A DNA stretch of 50,119 nucleotides from a virus. Taxonomy: Duplodnaviria > Caudoviricetes. The first letter of the stretch is position 1. The number at the start of each line of letters is the position of its first letter. The DNA lies in IMG/VR virus record IMGVR_UViG_3300020202_000015, positions 1 to 50,119 of that record; one strand, written 5' to 3'. The notes under the pieces are model-generated. The model was not told the origin of the DNA. It ran no database searches and was given only the letters and a program-made list of their open reading frames with translations. Below are positions 1 through 8,451 of the stretch, in pieces. Position numbers and translations under genes: made by a program.

Positions 1-127
1 CACTGTAGGAAATCGCGTCAATTTGCACTCGATGGACAGACTCTCAACCAGATCGCCTAAAGCGACAAACATGCGCGTTTCCCCTCACGTCCTACAAAAA
101 AACGTGACCGATGTCGCGATCGGCGGG
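1..127 (+). repeat. Terminal direct repeat, left copy (probable circular-assembly overlap)
   Basis: 1..127 is identical to 49993..50119. Confidence 0.95.
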
Positions 128-333
128 AGAGAAGAGATTTGCCGGCGCACATCGTATGCGCAAATTGCTCGTTGTGGTGTCGACAAATCAACGGCTTCGT
201 TGATTCTGTTTTTCGGATTCGGGGTTTGTCTGACTCGCATCGGTAGGGGTGCTCAGGGTCTGTCTTACGTGCTGACTATTACGCGCGACCCCGGTTGTGC
301 GTTCCTGTTCGATTCGTACAAGGACGTACAAGC

Positions 334-720
334 GTGAATCAGAAGGAGCTTTTCCACGACACGATCTATGACGCGCTCGGCGCTGATGTCGCCGCAGCGG
401 GCGGATTCAAGACTGTCGCGGCGAAGCTGTGGCCGGCAGAGAGCCCGGTCACCGGCTCTGCGAAGCTGCGAAACGCGCTCAATCCCGATCAGCCGCACAA
501 GCTCTGCCCGAACGAAGTACTCCAGATCAAGCGCCTCGCCCAAGAGGCCGGCTCATCCGCGACCGTGCTCTACGAAGCACAGCAGCTCGGCTATGTCGTG
601 ACCTGGGTCGAGCCGGAAGACGAGCTCGAACGCATCGAGCGTGAGAACAATGAGCTGCTGAAAGCGCTCAGCAAGCGAATGGAGCGCGCGGAGCTGCTGC
701 GCACGAAGGTGAGGCGATGA
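334..720 (+). CDS. CII-like phage regulatory protein
   Basis: First substantial gene after cro on the circle; motif KLRNALNPDQPHKL resembles phage CII/CP76-type regulators; GTG start at 334 after AGGA. Confidence 0.55.
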   Translation: MNQKELFHDTIYDALGADVAAAGGFKTVAAKLWPAESPVTGSAKLRNALNPDQPHKLCPNEVLQIKRLAQEAGSSATVLYEAQQLGYVVTWVEPEDELERIERENNELLKALSKRMERAELLRTKVRR

Positions 721-920
721 AGCTGAGAGTAGTGGAGCGACCCTGGGACATCGATCGTCGCCGGTACGCGGTAGAGCAGTTGCGTTGGACTACTACCGAA
801 GGAGAAGAGTTCTGGGGCGTCGAGAAATTCTTCGATAACGTCCTCGACGCCCAGCTCTTTCTGGCGAGTTACTCGAAAGGACCCCGCGTCGTCACGGTCC
901 GCGAGGTCCCGGGCTCATGA
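717..920 (+). CDS. hypothetical protein
   Basis: ATGA coupling to the upstream gene, GAGG RBS. Confidence 0.7.
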   Translation: MKLRVVERPWDIDRRRYAVEQLRWTTTEGEEFWGVEKFFDNVLDAQLFLASYSKGPRVVTVREVPGS

Positions 921-1080
921 GCCTGCTAAGCATCCCCTGGAACAACACAAATTCCTGGCGTAGCGCCTCTAGGGTATCGGCGATTTGTCCCAGGTTGTGT
1001 GCTGCCAGTGCTTGCGGGTCAGAAATCGCGTCGCGCTGGGCCTTCCGGTATTCGGAGATTCTCTGCGGATCCACAGGCAT
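892..1080 (-). CDS. small antisense hypothetical protein
   Basis: GGAG RBS upstream (gtggagaagacctATG), helical protein-like sequence; opposes the early operon. Confidence 0.45.
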   Translation of the reverse strand: MPVDPQRISEYRKAQRDAISDPQALAAHNLGQIADTLEALRQEFVLFQGMLSRLMSPGPRGP

Positions 1081-1134
1081 AGGTCTTCTCCACTTTGTTG
1101 GTTGGCAAGTGATTGTATCGCAGGAGACTGCTCA

Positions 1135-1320
1135 ATGAGCGACGGACATAGCCTCACGGCGAGCGACAACGAATTCCCGCTCACCCAGGACGAGATTAGA
1201 ACCCGCATGAAGCGCGAGAAACACTTGTCAGAGCATGCCGAAACTCCGCACGAGCGCTTTGCGGCCTGGTGGATGTCCGTACAACTCGAGTCGATGCGTC
1301 CAATCTGGGGTAACGAATGA
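1135..1320 (+). CDS. hypothetical protein
   Basis: AGGAG RBS, ATG at 1135, ATGA overlap with the next gene. Confidence 0.65.
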   Translation: MSDGHSLTASDNEFPLTQDEIRTRMKREKHLSEHAETPHERFAAWWMSVQLESMRPIWGNE

Positions 1321-1541
1321 GTAGTCAAACACAAAAGGCGCAGGTGCTGAATCACATGCGCACGCAGGGTTCGATCACGACCTTCATCGCATTCGATCGC
1401 TACTCGATCTGCAGGCTTAGCGAGCGCATTCGGGAGCTTGAGCGAGATGGTTATGTGATCAACCACACGCGCATCGATCGCGGTGGAAAGCGCTACACCG
1501 CGTACAGCCTGGTCGAAGGGAAGCGAGTCGAAGCGGCGTGA
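1317..1541 (+). CDS. winged helix-turn-helix protein
   Basis: SQ..QVL.HM...GSIT...A...Y.I.RLSERI.EL...GY.I pattern typical of phage HTH proteins preceding replication genes. Confidence 0.8.
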   Translation: MSSQTQKAQVLNHMRTQGSITTFIAFDRYSICRLSERIRELERDGYVINHTRIDRGGKRYTAYSLVEGKRVEAA

Positions 1542-2314
1542 GTGGGTGGATCAAATTCGAGAAATCGCTCGAGTCCGACCCGCGGGTGCTTCGGATGGCA
1601 AAGGCGCTCGCCAAGCGGTGGTCGATGTTCGATAGCGGAATTGATCTCGATCTCTGTAACGCAACACCGTTACCGGCTGTAACGCTAGTGTGTGGCGCTC
1701 TTTCTCGGCTCTGGATTTATGCCGATTCGCATGCTCGTGAGGACGACACCTTGGATCTTGGCGCGAGCGAGCTCGACGAGATTCTCGGGATACCAGGATT
1801 CTGTTCTTTGATGCCTAAAGATTGGCTGGTCGAGGTCAATGAGAGCACCGTAGAGCTGCCGGGTTTTCAACAACATAACGGTGTTGAGGCAAAGAAGAGG
1901 GCGCTCACCCAAAAGAGAGTTGAGCGCCACAGAGAAAAGAAGAAACTCGATAGCGTTGCACCGTGTAACGCACCAGCGTTACCAGACCAAGACCAGACCA
2001 AGACCAGACCAGACCAAGACAGCGTCGCTTGCGTGCCGAGCGGGAATGTGACGCCTGCGGGAGAGATGGCGATCGCTCTGCGAGACCTCGGGGTCTCCGT
2101 TCGGAGCACAGACCCGGTTCTCCACGGGTGGCTCAACGATGGGTTCTCCGTTCAGCAAGCAACCGACGCGGTCGGCATCGCGCGCATCCGCAAACCTCAC
2201 CCCGAGGCTATCCCGGCCAACTACCTTGACAAGATCCTGCGAGCTCGGCCACCGCCAGCGCCCCGCAAACAACAGACGGCATGGGACCGGGTGATGGAGG
2301 CGAACGGTGATTAG
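1538..2314 (+). CDS. replication initiator protein (lambda O analogue)
   Basis: WIK N-terminus, RLW.YAD, R..R.R linker, low-complexity DQDQTKTRPDQD, C-terminal YL.KIL; internal iteron-like repeats. Confidence 0.8.
   Translation: MSGWIKFEKSLESDPRVLRMAKALAKRWSMFDSGIDLDLCNATPLPAVTLVCGALSRLWIYADSHAREDDTLDLGASELDEILGIPGFCSLMPKDWLVEVNESTVELPGFQQHNGVEAKKRALTQKRVERHREKKKLDSVAPCNAPALPDQDQTKTRPDQDSVACVPSGNVTPAGEMAIALRDLGVSVRSTDPVLHGWLNDGFSVQQATDAVGIARIRKPHPEAIPANYLDKILRARPPPAPRKQQTAWDRVMEANGD
1953..2020. repeat. putative replication origin repeats inside the initiator gene
   Basis: Inverted TGTAACGC/GCGTTAC boxes (1953-1982; also at 1655-1685) followed by three copies of ACCAGACCAAG (1981-2018). Confidence 0.55.
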
Positions 2315-2759
2315 CTGGCAGGCAAAGCAGGTTTGGAAGCGCTTCTGCGCGTGGTACGGCGCTGATGTCATCGAGCGCAAGTACGGCGTCCAGGTGCCTG
2401 ATGACTGGTGCGAGGTCATCGACAGCATCGACCGCGGCAAGCTTGAGGGCGTGCTAGCCGACGTGCGCTCGAAGCACCCAACCTGGCCTCCTGGCCTGCC
2501 GGAATTCGAGCAGGTCGTGAAGGCCGCCAACAAACCAGTTTGCGTCGAAGGGCCGACGATGCAGGAGCGACTGCGAGACTTCGTGCTGCGAACGAAGCCG
2601 CTTACGCAGGCTCAGATCCGTGCGCCGTGGAAGGACATCGGCACTGGTAACGCACGAACCGGGGAGGGTTTCGCGGTGGTTGGCGTCGTAGTTCCTCCAG
2701 ACGGTGAATTCCCGGGCTACCGAGTGATGGTCGTCGATATGCAGGCGGATGCAGCGTGA
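2307..2759 (+). CDS. replication accessory protein (putative helicase loader position)
   Basis: Directly after the initiator; W..YG and WPP.LPEF motifs as in lambdoid P-position proteins. Confidence 0.55.
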   Translation: MISWQAKQVWKRFCAWYGADVIERKYGVQVPDDWCEVIDSIDRGKLEGVLADVRSKHPTWPPGLPEFEQVVKAANKPVCVEGPTMQERLRDFVLRTKPLTQAQIRAPWKDIGTGNARTGEGFAVVGVVVPPDGEFPGYRVMVVDMQADAA

Positions 2760-3028
2760 TTCGCGTCTGCCAGCAGTGCAAGCGCAGTTTCCGGTCATGG
2801 CGTTCGTTGCAGAAGTTCTGTTCTCACGCGTGCCACAACGAAAGCATGCGCGCGGCACGTTCTGTCGACCTAAAGACACTTCAGGCACTAGCCGTGTCGG
2901 GAGTTCCAAAATCGCGCATGGCTCGCGAGCTCGGAGTAGGGCGCTTCGTCGTAAGGCGTCTTGTGTCTCGCTATGGGCTGGAGCGCGTTTGGCGAGCGAG
3001 CAGATATGCGAAGGCGCGGGCGGCATGA
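2756..3028 (+). CDS. Zn-finger plus HTH protein
   Basis: CxxC...KFCSxxC followed by SRMARELGVGR helix-turn-helix. Confidence 0.7.
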   Translation: MIRVCQQCKRSFRSWRSLQKFCSHACHNESMRAARSVDLKTLQALAVSGVPKSRMARELGVGRFVVRRLVSRYGLERVWRASRYAKARAA

Positions 3029-3231
3029 CTTTCACCCGCCTGAAGGACAACAAGTACTGCGAGCGCTCGGAATGCGGCCAGTACACGGTCTGCGCGATCG
3101 GCGGTGCTGACGGGTTCAGGTTCGAGGGATGGTTCGGTAAGCAGCAGCTCGAGCCGGTGAATCTAGCGACAGCCGAGGAGGCGCGAGAGGTGTGCAGGCA
3201 GCACAAAGCAATGCAGGTAAAGGCGGCATGA
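3025..3231 (+). CDS. hypothetical protein
   Basis: ATGA-coupled on both sides. Confidence 0.65.
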   Translation: MTFTRLKDNKYCERSECGQYTVCAIGGADGFRFEGWFGKQQLEPVNLATAEEAREVCRQHKAMQVKAA

Positions 3232-3485
3232 CGACGATCGTCTGCATTTGCTGCGCCTGCGGGAAGCAATTCGGCGGTTGGCGACGTAAGGATGTTTCAC
3301 AAAAGTATTGCTCGATGGATTGCTGGAACCAGAAGCGACGCGTTGCGAAGAGAGATCAGTTGCTTTCGCTACTTCAGGGCGGCTTGAACTGTGACCAGAT
3401 TGCGGAGCGGCTTGGGGTCGCTGCCTCGACCGTTCGAGGCGCAATCAGACGCTTTGGCATCAAGCGCAAGGTGGTCTACGAGTGA
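3228..3485 (+). CDS. Zn-finger plus HTH protein (paralogue of 2756..3028)
   Basis: CxxCGKQF...KYCSxxC followed by QIAERLGVAASTVR. Confidence 0.7.
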   Translation: MTTIVCICCACGKQFGGWRRKDVSQKYCSMDCWNQKRRVAKRDQLLSLLQGGLNCDQIAERLGVAASTVRGAIRRFGIKRKVVYE

Positions 3486-3751
3486 AGTATCGAGGCTTCG
3501 ACGCTCGACGTGACGACAACGAGCTCGCGATCGTTCGCGACCTTGAGCGAGTTGGAGCAAAGGTCCATCGCCTTGCTCAACCCTGTGACCTTCTCGTGCG
3601 ATTTGGCTATCGCCTTTACCTGCTGGAAGTTCGCAATCCAGCGAACAAGTACCGCAAGCGGAAGGCGTCGCAGGTTGAATTCCTCAAAGCGTGGGACGTG
3701 CCAGAAGTGACCACGAGCGATGAGGCGTTACGCGTGATAGGTGCGATGTGA
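3482..3751 (+). CDS. PD-(D/E)XK nuclease, VRR-NUC/resolvase-like
   Basis: RRDxNE..IV..L...GA, PCDLLV, LLEVR and Q..F...W motifs; typical position before Q. Confidence 0.75.
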   Translation: MKYRGFDARRDDNELAIVRDLERVGAKVHRLAQPCDLLVRFGYRLYLLEVRNPANKYRKRKASQVEFLKAWDVPEVTTSDEALRVIGAM

Positions 3752-3851
3752 CAAACGATCTCGACGTCGATCGCCGCCCGCTTTGGAAGCTCAGCGCCGT
3801 GGTGGTCATGAGTTGGGTCGTAGTGGCTACGTTTATTTGGGCGATGAACTG

Positions 3852-4277
3852 ATGGCTGCAACAATGACTGAAATCGTTAGCAAGCGCCGCAATGGCGTGC
3901 CGGATGAAGTTCACGCCTTACTGACCATGTGGGGCAACTACAGGCGACGCACGAGGGTAGGGCCGCAAGGGTTCCCCAAGGAGTCGCCGTTCGTCAAAGC
4001 CGCCCTATACGGCAAGCTGGGCATTCCCCAAGAGTCGAACGTGAGGGTCGACGACGACGGCATGCCGGCGCTCGTCGAGTGGATCGATCGGATCGTAGTC
4101 GCCATGCCCGAGGAGCTGCGGCAGATCATAGACACGCGCTACAAGCCGCCACTGAACGAATACGGCAACGAGCCGCCGTTCGAGATGATGGCGAAGAGCC
4201 TGTACATGAGCCCGAGCACGTTTCGGACGCGACTCGAGAGTGCGCAGTGGTATGTCTATGCACGGATGTACCCGTGA
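3852..4277 (+). CDS. late antitermination protein Q-like
   Basis: LLTMWG N-terminus, C-terminal HTH (MAKSLYMSPSTFRTRL), near the end of the early operon before a terminator-containing leader. Confidence 0.65.
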   Translation: MAATMTEIVSKRRNGVPDEVHALLTMWGNYRRRTRVGPQGFPKESPFVKAALYGKLGIPQESNVRVDDDGMPALVEWIDRIVVAMPEELRQIIDTRYKPPLNEYGNEPPFEMMAKSLYMSPSTFRTRLESAQWYVYARMYP

Positions 4278-4294
4278 GAAACGCACGGCATGTC

Positions 4295-4477
4295 ATGAGC
4301 GCCTACCGTCACTACATCCTTGCGACGAAGCGCAACTGGAACCTAGACCGTACGAGCCACGGGAAGAGTCCGGCGCGACGCATCGCCAGGGCGCTCGTCC
4401 ATTATCACGGCTATATGGATTCGTACCTAAAGGCGAAGCGTGCGGTCGTGGCGGGAAACGAGATGGTCGATGCGTGA
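4295..4477 (+). CDS. hypothetical protein
   Basis: Short ORF filling the gap after Q. Confidence 0.4.
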   Translation: MSAYRHYILATKRNWNLDRTSHGKSPARRIARALVHYHGYMDSYLKAKRAVVAGNEMVDA

Positions 4478-4626
4478 AGTTAACTTGATGTTAACGGGCT
4501 CTCCATAGATCGTGGGCAGTATGGAGATAGCGCCTGATGCGCTACTCCGCCCATTGCCCAGCCCCGGCCGCCCTTTATGGCAAGCATTTACGCATATGCC
4601 GTGTTGCGCTGGGCTCTTTCAATGAC

Positions 4627-4691
4627 GCCCCGAGCAGTACCCGTAGTGAGCTAGCAGTAGCTACGGCGAGCCTCGGGGCTGTTTCTTTCTT
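4627..4691 (+). terminator. late leader terminator (tR'-like)
   Basis: GCCCCGAG...CTCGGGGC stem with inner CCGTAG/CTACGG, followed by TGTTTCTTTCTT. Confidence 0.55.
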
Positions 4692-4808
4692 CGGCAACTG
4701 ATCGCGCGCGGATGTGAATTCCGGCTCCTCTGGCGCGGATCAGGCGTGCGGATTGCCCTTTCACAACTGGATCTGCCGCACGCAGCCGATCTAACTCGAG
4801 GAGTGTTC

Positions 4809-5201
4809 ATGAAGCGTTTCGTAGCCCTGTTCCTGCTGCTCGCCGCACCAGCGGCTTTTGCTGGTACGGTCACGGTGACGTGGGTCGCGCCGACAAGCTG
4901 TGCAGACGGCTCCCCGATCGCCGAGGGCTGTCCGCTCACCGGTTATGAGGTGTGGCAGGGCACGTCCATCAACGGGACTGCGTACACGCTGCGCGAGACT
5001 GTTGCAGGGACCGTTACGTCAGTGACGTACACGAACGTCCCTCCGGGCACGCGGTGCTTCTACCTCAAAGCCGTTGCTGGGACGCTGAAGTCAGCCGAGA
5101 GTGTGCGGGGCTGCGCGAATGTGCCGTATGTCGCGCCGGGATCGCCTACGGGCGTTACGGTCGTGACCGTGGCGTTGCCCGCGCCGTTGCCCACGCCGTA
5201 A
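4809..5201 (+). CDS. secreted fibronectin type III-like protein
   Basis: GAGGAG RBS; signal peptide MKRFVALFLLLAAPAAFA; FN3 pattern VTW.AP...LTGYEV...PGT..FY..AV...SAES; four Cys. Confidence 0.75.
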   Translation: MKRFVALFLLLAAPAAFAGTVTVTWVAPTSCADGSPIAEGCPLTGYEVWQGTSINGTAYTLRETVAGTVTSVTYTNVPPGTRCFYLKAVAGTLKSAESVRGCANVPYVAPGSPTGVTVVTVALPAPLPTP

Positions 5202-5202
5202 T

Positions 5203-6294
5203 GTGGCGATCTTCATTGCCCGCCAGAGCTCTGCTGGAGGAGGCGGGGGCGGATCTCTCACGGATGGTGGAACAACGACGATAAACGGAAGCGGGTTCGG
5301 CACGAACGTTTCCGTCGCGAATCAGGAATGGCTGGGTGGCGTCAATGGCGTCATCGAGGGTATCGCGAACAACACGACTTGGATATCTGTTGCGCGTACC
5401 AACTGGACCTTCCCGGGCGGCCACGTTCAGCGCATCACGACGTTAGCGTCTCTGAACGGCACCAAATCGCTGGGCAATCTGAACTTCAGTGACGCCAGTA
5501 ATTATCAATTCGGTACAAAATTCGACACTGGCGGTTACCGTGTCTGCACGGTGCGTGTCCCGGTATACGTCTACAACTCGGCCAACAGCACGACCGGGCA
5601 GGTCAAGTTTCTCCGCTTTGTTGGCGGCCCGATCGCAGATGATCAGGGCATCGACGACGATGACGTTCCCAACTGCTACGTTAGCAGGTTCTGGAACGGT
5701 ATCGAGTCGAACTTCGCGGTCAACGAAGGGACGCCAGACCTGATCGGCTACATCGATCCGAAGGTATCGGGCGATATCGGTTTCCGCGGTGAGTGGATGG
5801 AGAAGCAGACCACTCGCGCTGGCGATTGGTACATTTTTGAATTTCAGTTCACTGCCCCATCTGCTGCCGGCGTAGCAGATGGGGCGCTGCGCTGGCGCAC
5901 CTACAACGCGACAACCGGGGCGGTTAAGTCTGCGGGCGAGGTCACGAGCCGCGCCTGGTGGCAAAGCACTTCCAATGCTTTCCGTTACTTGACCCTTCAG
6001 GGTTACATGGGCAACACGCTTGCCGATGGCTCTGAGGTCTATTTCGACCGCGATATCTACATCACGTGGAACACGAGCGGGACGACGCCACCGAAATACA
6101 TCCTTTTGGGTGACGCATCCACATTCGCTGCTTGCACCAAGCTGACGACGTGCCGGTGGACAGGCAGTTGGAGTGACACGCAGATTACTGGTGTGGAAGT
6201 GAACAAGGGATATCACTCGAACCTGACCGGCAAGTATTGGTACGTGATGAGCGCTCCTGGGAGCCCCATCAACTCCAACGGGATTGCGGCCTAG
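5203..6294 (+). CDS. beta-rich carbohydrate-binding or lyase-like protein, putative virion appendage
   Basis: Gly linker, TINGSGFG Ig-like start, W...E......DG..RW and YFD.DIYI motifs resembling lectin/polysaccharide-lyase jelly-rolls. Confidence 0.55.
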   Translation: MAIFIARQSSAGGGGGGSLTDGGTTTINGSGFGTNVSVANQEWLGGVNGVIEGIANNTTWISVARTNWTFPGGHVQRITTLASLNGTKSLGNLNFSDASNYQFGTKFDTGGYRVCTVRVPVYVYNSANSTTGQVKFLRFVGGPIADDQGIDDDDVPNCYVSRFWNGIESNFAVNEGTPDLIGYIDPKVSGDIGFRGEWMEKQTTRAGDWYIFEFQFTAPSAAGVADGALRWRTYNATTGAVKSAGEVTSRAWWQSTSNAFRYLTLQGYMGNTLADGSEVYFDRDIYITWNTSGTTPPKYILLGDASTFAACTKLTTCRWTGSWSDTQITGVEVNKGYHSNLTGKYWYVMSAPGSPINSNGIAA

Positions 6295-6812
6295 TGGCTA
6301 ACGAGATTGGCTACTGGAACGGCGGGGCAGGGGCATCGACCCTGGCGTGCTTTCCAGATGAATACCTGTCCCCGGTCACGGCCGCCAATGCGTACACGGC
6401 GAGTTCCGGCGACTCGATCACAGCAGTCCGTTTAAGCCAGTCCTCGAGTGGTGCGCGCACGATCGGCGTCGCGCTTTACGAGTACGACGCTGGTACTGAT
6501 CGGCCCACAGGCCCAGCGTTGCAGACGACGACGATCGCAACGACAGGCACGGGCACTTTCTCGACCTCAGTCAGTTGGGCGCTGACGGCTGGGCTCGACT
6601 ATGTGCTCGCCCTGGGCGATCCTGACGTGGCCGTCAATATCACGGCCGATACGTTGAGCAATGGCACTAGTCGTGATGACAGTGGCGACGCCACGTTCCC
6701 CACTTGGGGACACACCAGTTACAGCAACGTGCAGATCGAACTTGCTGGTGATGTTACGAACAGCGGCGGCGGTGCAACGCCGAAGGGTCTAATGCTTCTT
6801 GGAGTGGGTTAA
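6294..6812 (+). CDS. beta-sandwich protein with hydrophobic C-terminal tag LMLLGVG
   Basis: TAGTG coupling to the upstream gene; Thr/Gly/Ser-rich. Confidence 0.65.
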   Translation: MANEIGYWNGGAGASTLACFPDEYLSPVTAANAYTASSGDSITAVRLSQSSSGARTIGVALYEYDAGTDRPTGPALQTTTIATTGTGTFSTSVSWALTAGLDYVLALGDPDVAVNITADTLSNGTSRDDSGDATFPTWGHTSYSNVQIELAGDVTNSGGGATPKGLMLLGVG

Positions 6813-8450
6813 GTGGCTGACGGCACACGCCTGAATTCAAACTCGTCGAGTGGCGACCTCATTGCCACGGACGAGCTGAGTTCCGGTGGCTTTTCCGGAC
6901 AGAAGGCGCAGGTCGTCAAGCTCCTGATCGGGGCTGACGCTGCGGGTGAGTTGGTGTCCAACTCGACGCCGCTGCCTGTGTCTGATGCCGGCTCGACGCT
7001 CTCGGTCGATGACGGCAGCAGCTCGCTCACTATCGACAATGCCACGCTGGCTGTCACCGGTGGTGGTGCGGAATCAACCGCACTACGCGTCACGCTCGCG
7101 AGTGATTCGACCGGTCTCGTCTCAGTCGATGACAACGGTTCGACACTGTCCGTCGATGACGGCGGTGGATCACTCACTATTGATGGGACCGTAGCGGTCT
7201 CCTCGCTGCCAGCCTCCACGAATACGATTGAGGTCGTAGGCGATGCGACCCACGATGCGGCGGTCGCAGGCAATCCCGTACTCACGGGTGGTTATGCTTC
7301 TGCTGCTGCGCCATCCGATGTCAGCGGTGACGGTGATGTCGTCAGAGCCTGGCATCTCAGGAACGGCGCGCAGGCGACTGTTATCACTGCGGCTGGTGCT
7401 TTGGTCGGCGGGGATGCCACGAACGGCCTAGACGTCGATGTGACCCGGATCATCCCGGGCACCTCAGCGACGCACCTCGGCAAGGCGGTTGATTCTGCCG
7501 CGGGGTCGTCTGACACGGGCGTAGCGATGCTCGCCGTTCGCGATGACACGCTCGCTACGCTCACACCGGTCGATGGTGATTACGTGCCGCTGCGGACATC
7601 CTCAACGGGTGCGCTGCATATCTCCGTAACGGAGGGTGGTATCGCTGGTAGAGCCGAGGACAGCGCGCACAGTACAGGTCATGACGGAATCGTGGTTCTG
7701 GCAGTTCGGCGGGACACTGCGTCGTCTGGTGTGGACACCGACGGCGACTATGCGACGCTGAGTACGGATTCGACCGGGAACCTGCGGACGGCAGCTGTCG
7801 GAGCTGCGGCTCAGGATGCCGCGATATCTGGCAATCCGCTGCCGATCGGAGCTCGGGCATCGACCGCAACCCCGACAGCGATGTCAGCGGATGGCGATGT
7901 TGTGTATCCGTGGGCCACGCGCTCAGGCGCGCTGGTCACAGCCGGTACGACGGTTGATGATGCGGCCTTTACGGCTGCCACGGATCGAGTCCACCCGGTT
8001 GGTTTTTTCGCGGATGAAACCTCCACGGATAGCGTGGACGAGGGCGACATCGGCGCTGCGCGAATGTCGCTGGATCGCAAGCAGTATGTCATTGCGCACA
8101 GCGAGACCAGCACGATCTACCAGAATGGCACGGCGAGAACGCCTTCCTTCGCGGTGATCGATGCGGCGTCGTCAGGGGACAATACGCTGCTAGCCGCCCA
8201 GGGAGCGGGTAACAAGATTCGCGTGCATCAGCTCTTCCTCGTATCAGCGGGGACGGTGACTGTGAGGTTCGAGTCTGGTGCCGGTGGCACAGCCCTAACA
8301 GGGCAGATGAACCTGGTTGCGAATACCGGCTTCGTTCTTCCGTACAGCCAGATCGGGTGGTTTGAGACCGCAGCGAATACGCTCCTGAATCTCGAGCTTT
8401 CGGGTGCCGTGTCCGTGGATGGGAACTTCGCCTATACCGTCGTGACGTAA
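6813..8450 (+). CDS. repeat-rich fibre-like structural protein
   Basis: 545 aa; internal repeats SVDDG.SSLTID, DAA(V/I).GNP..G..AS...P...S.DGDVV..W and DSA....D.G...LAVR.D......DGDY..L.T.STG.L. Confidence 0.7.
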   Translation: MADGTRLNSNSSSGDLIATDELSSGGFSGQKAQVVKLLIGADAAGELVSNSTPLPVSDAGSTLSVDDGSSSLTIDNATLAVTGGGAESTALRVTLASDSTGLVSVDDNGSTLSVDDGGGSLTIDGTVAVSSLPASTNTIEVVGDATHDAAVAGNPVLTGGYASAAAPSDVSGDGDVVRAWHLRNGAQATVITAAGALVGGDATNGLDVDVTRIIPGTSATHLGKAVDSAAGSSDTGVAMLAVRDDTLATLTPVDGDYVPLRTSSTGALHISVTEGGIAGRAEDSAHSTGHDGIVVLAVRRDTASSGVDTDGDYATLSTDSTGNLRTAAVGAAAQDAAISGNPLPIGARASTATPTAMSADGDVVYPWATRSGALVTAGTTVDDAAFTAATDRVHPVGFFADETSTDSVDEGDIGAARMSLDRKQYVIAHSETSTIYQNGTARTPSFAVIDAASSGDNTLLAAQGAGNKIRVHQLFLVSAGTVTVRFESGAGGTALTGQMNLVANTGFVLPYSQIGWFETAANTLLNLELSGAVSVDGNFAYTVVT

Positions 8451-8451
8451 G

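Noticed and set aside
1-127. 127-bp terminal repeat as a biological DTR
   Set aside because: Exact copy whose length matches a common assembler k-mer and which falls between cro and the CII-like gene, not near terminase; most likely a circularisation overlap.
23-337. 104-aa ORF at the window start
   Set aside because: TTG start without RBS, no motifs; probably the cro-cII intergenic region.
1981-2020. ACCAGACCAAG tandem repeat as a CRISPR array or contingency locus
   Set aside because: No spacers, too short, and in the usual origin/linker region of an initiator gene.
6990-7920. Internal repeats of the fibre gene as DGR template/variable repeats
   Set aside because: Repeats are diverged at the protein level, not adenine-specific, and no reverse transcriptase is present.
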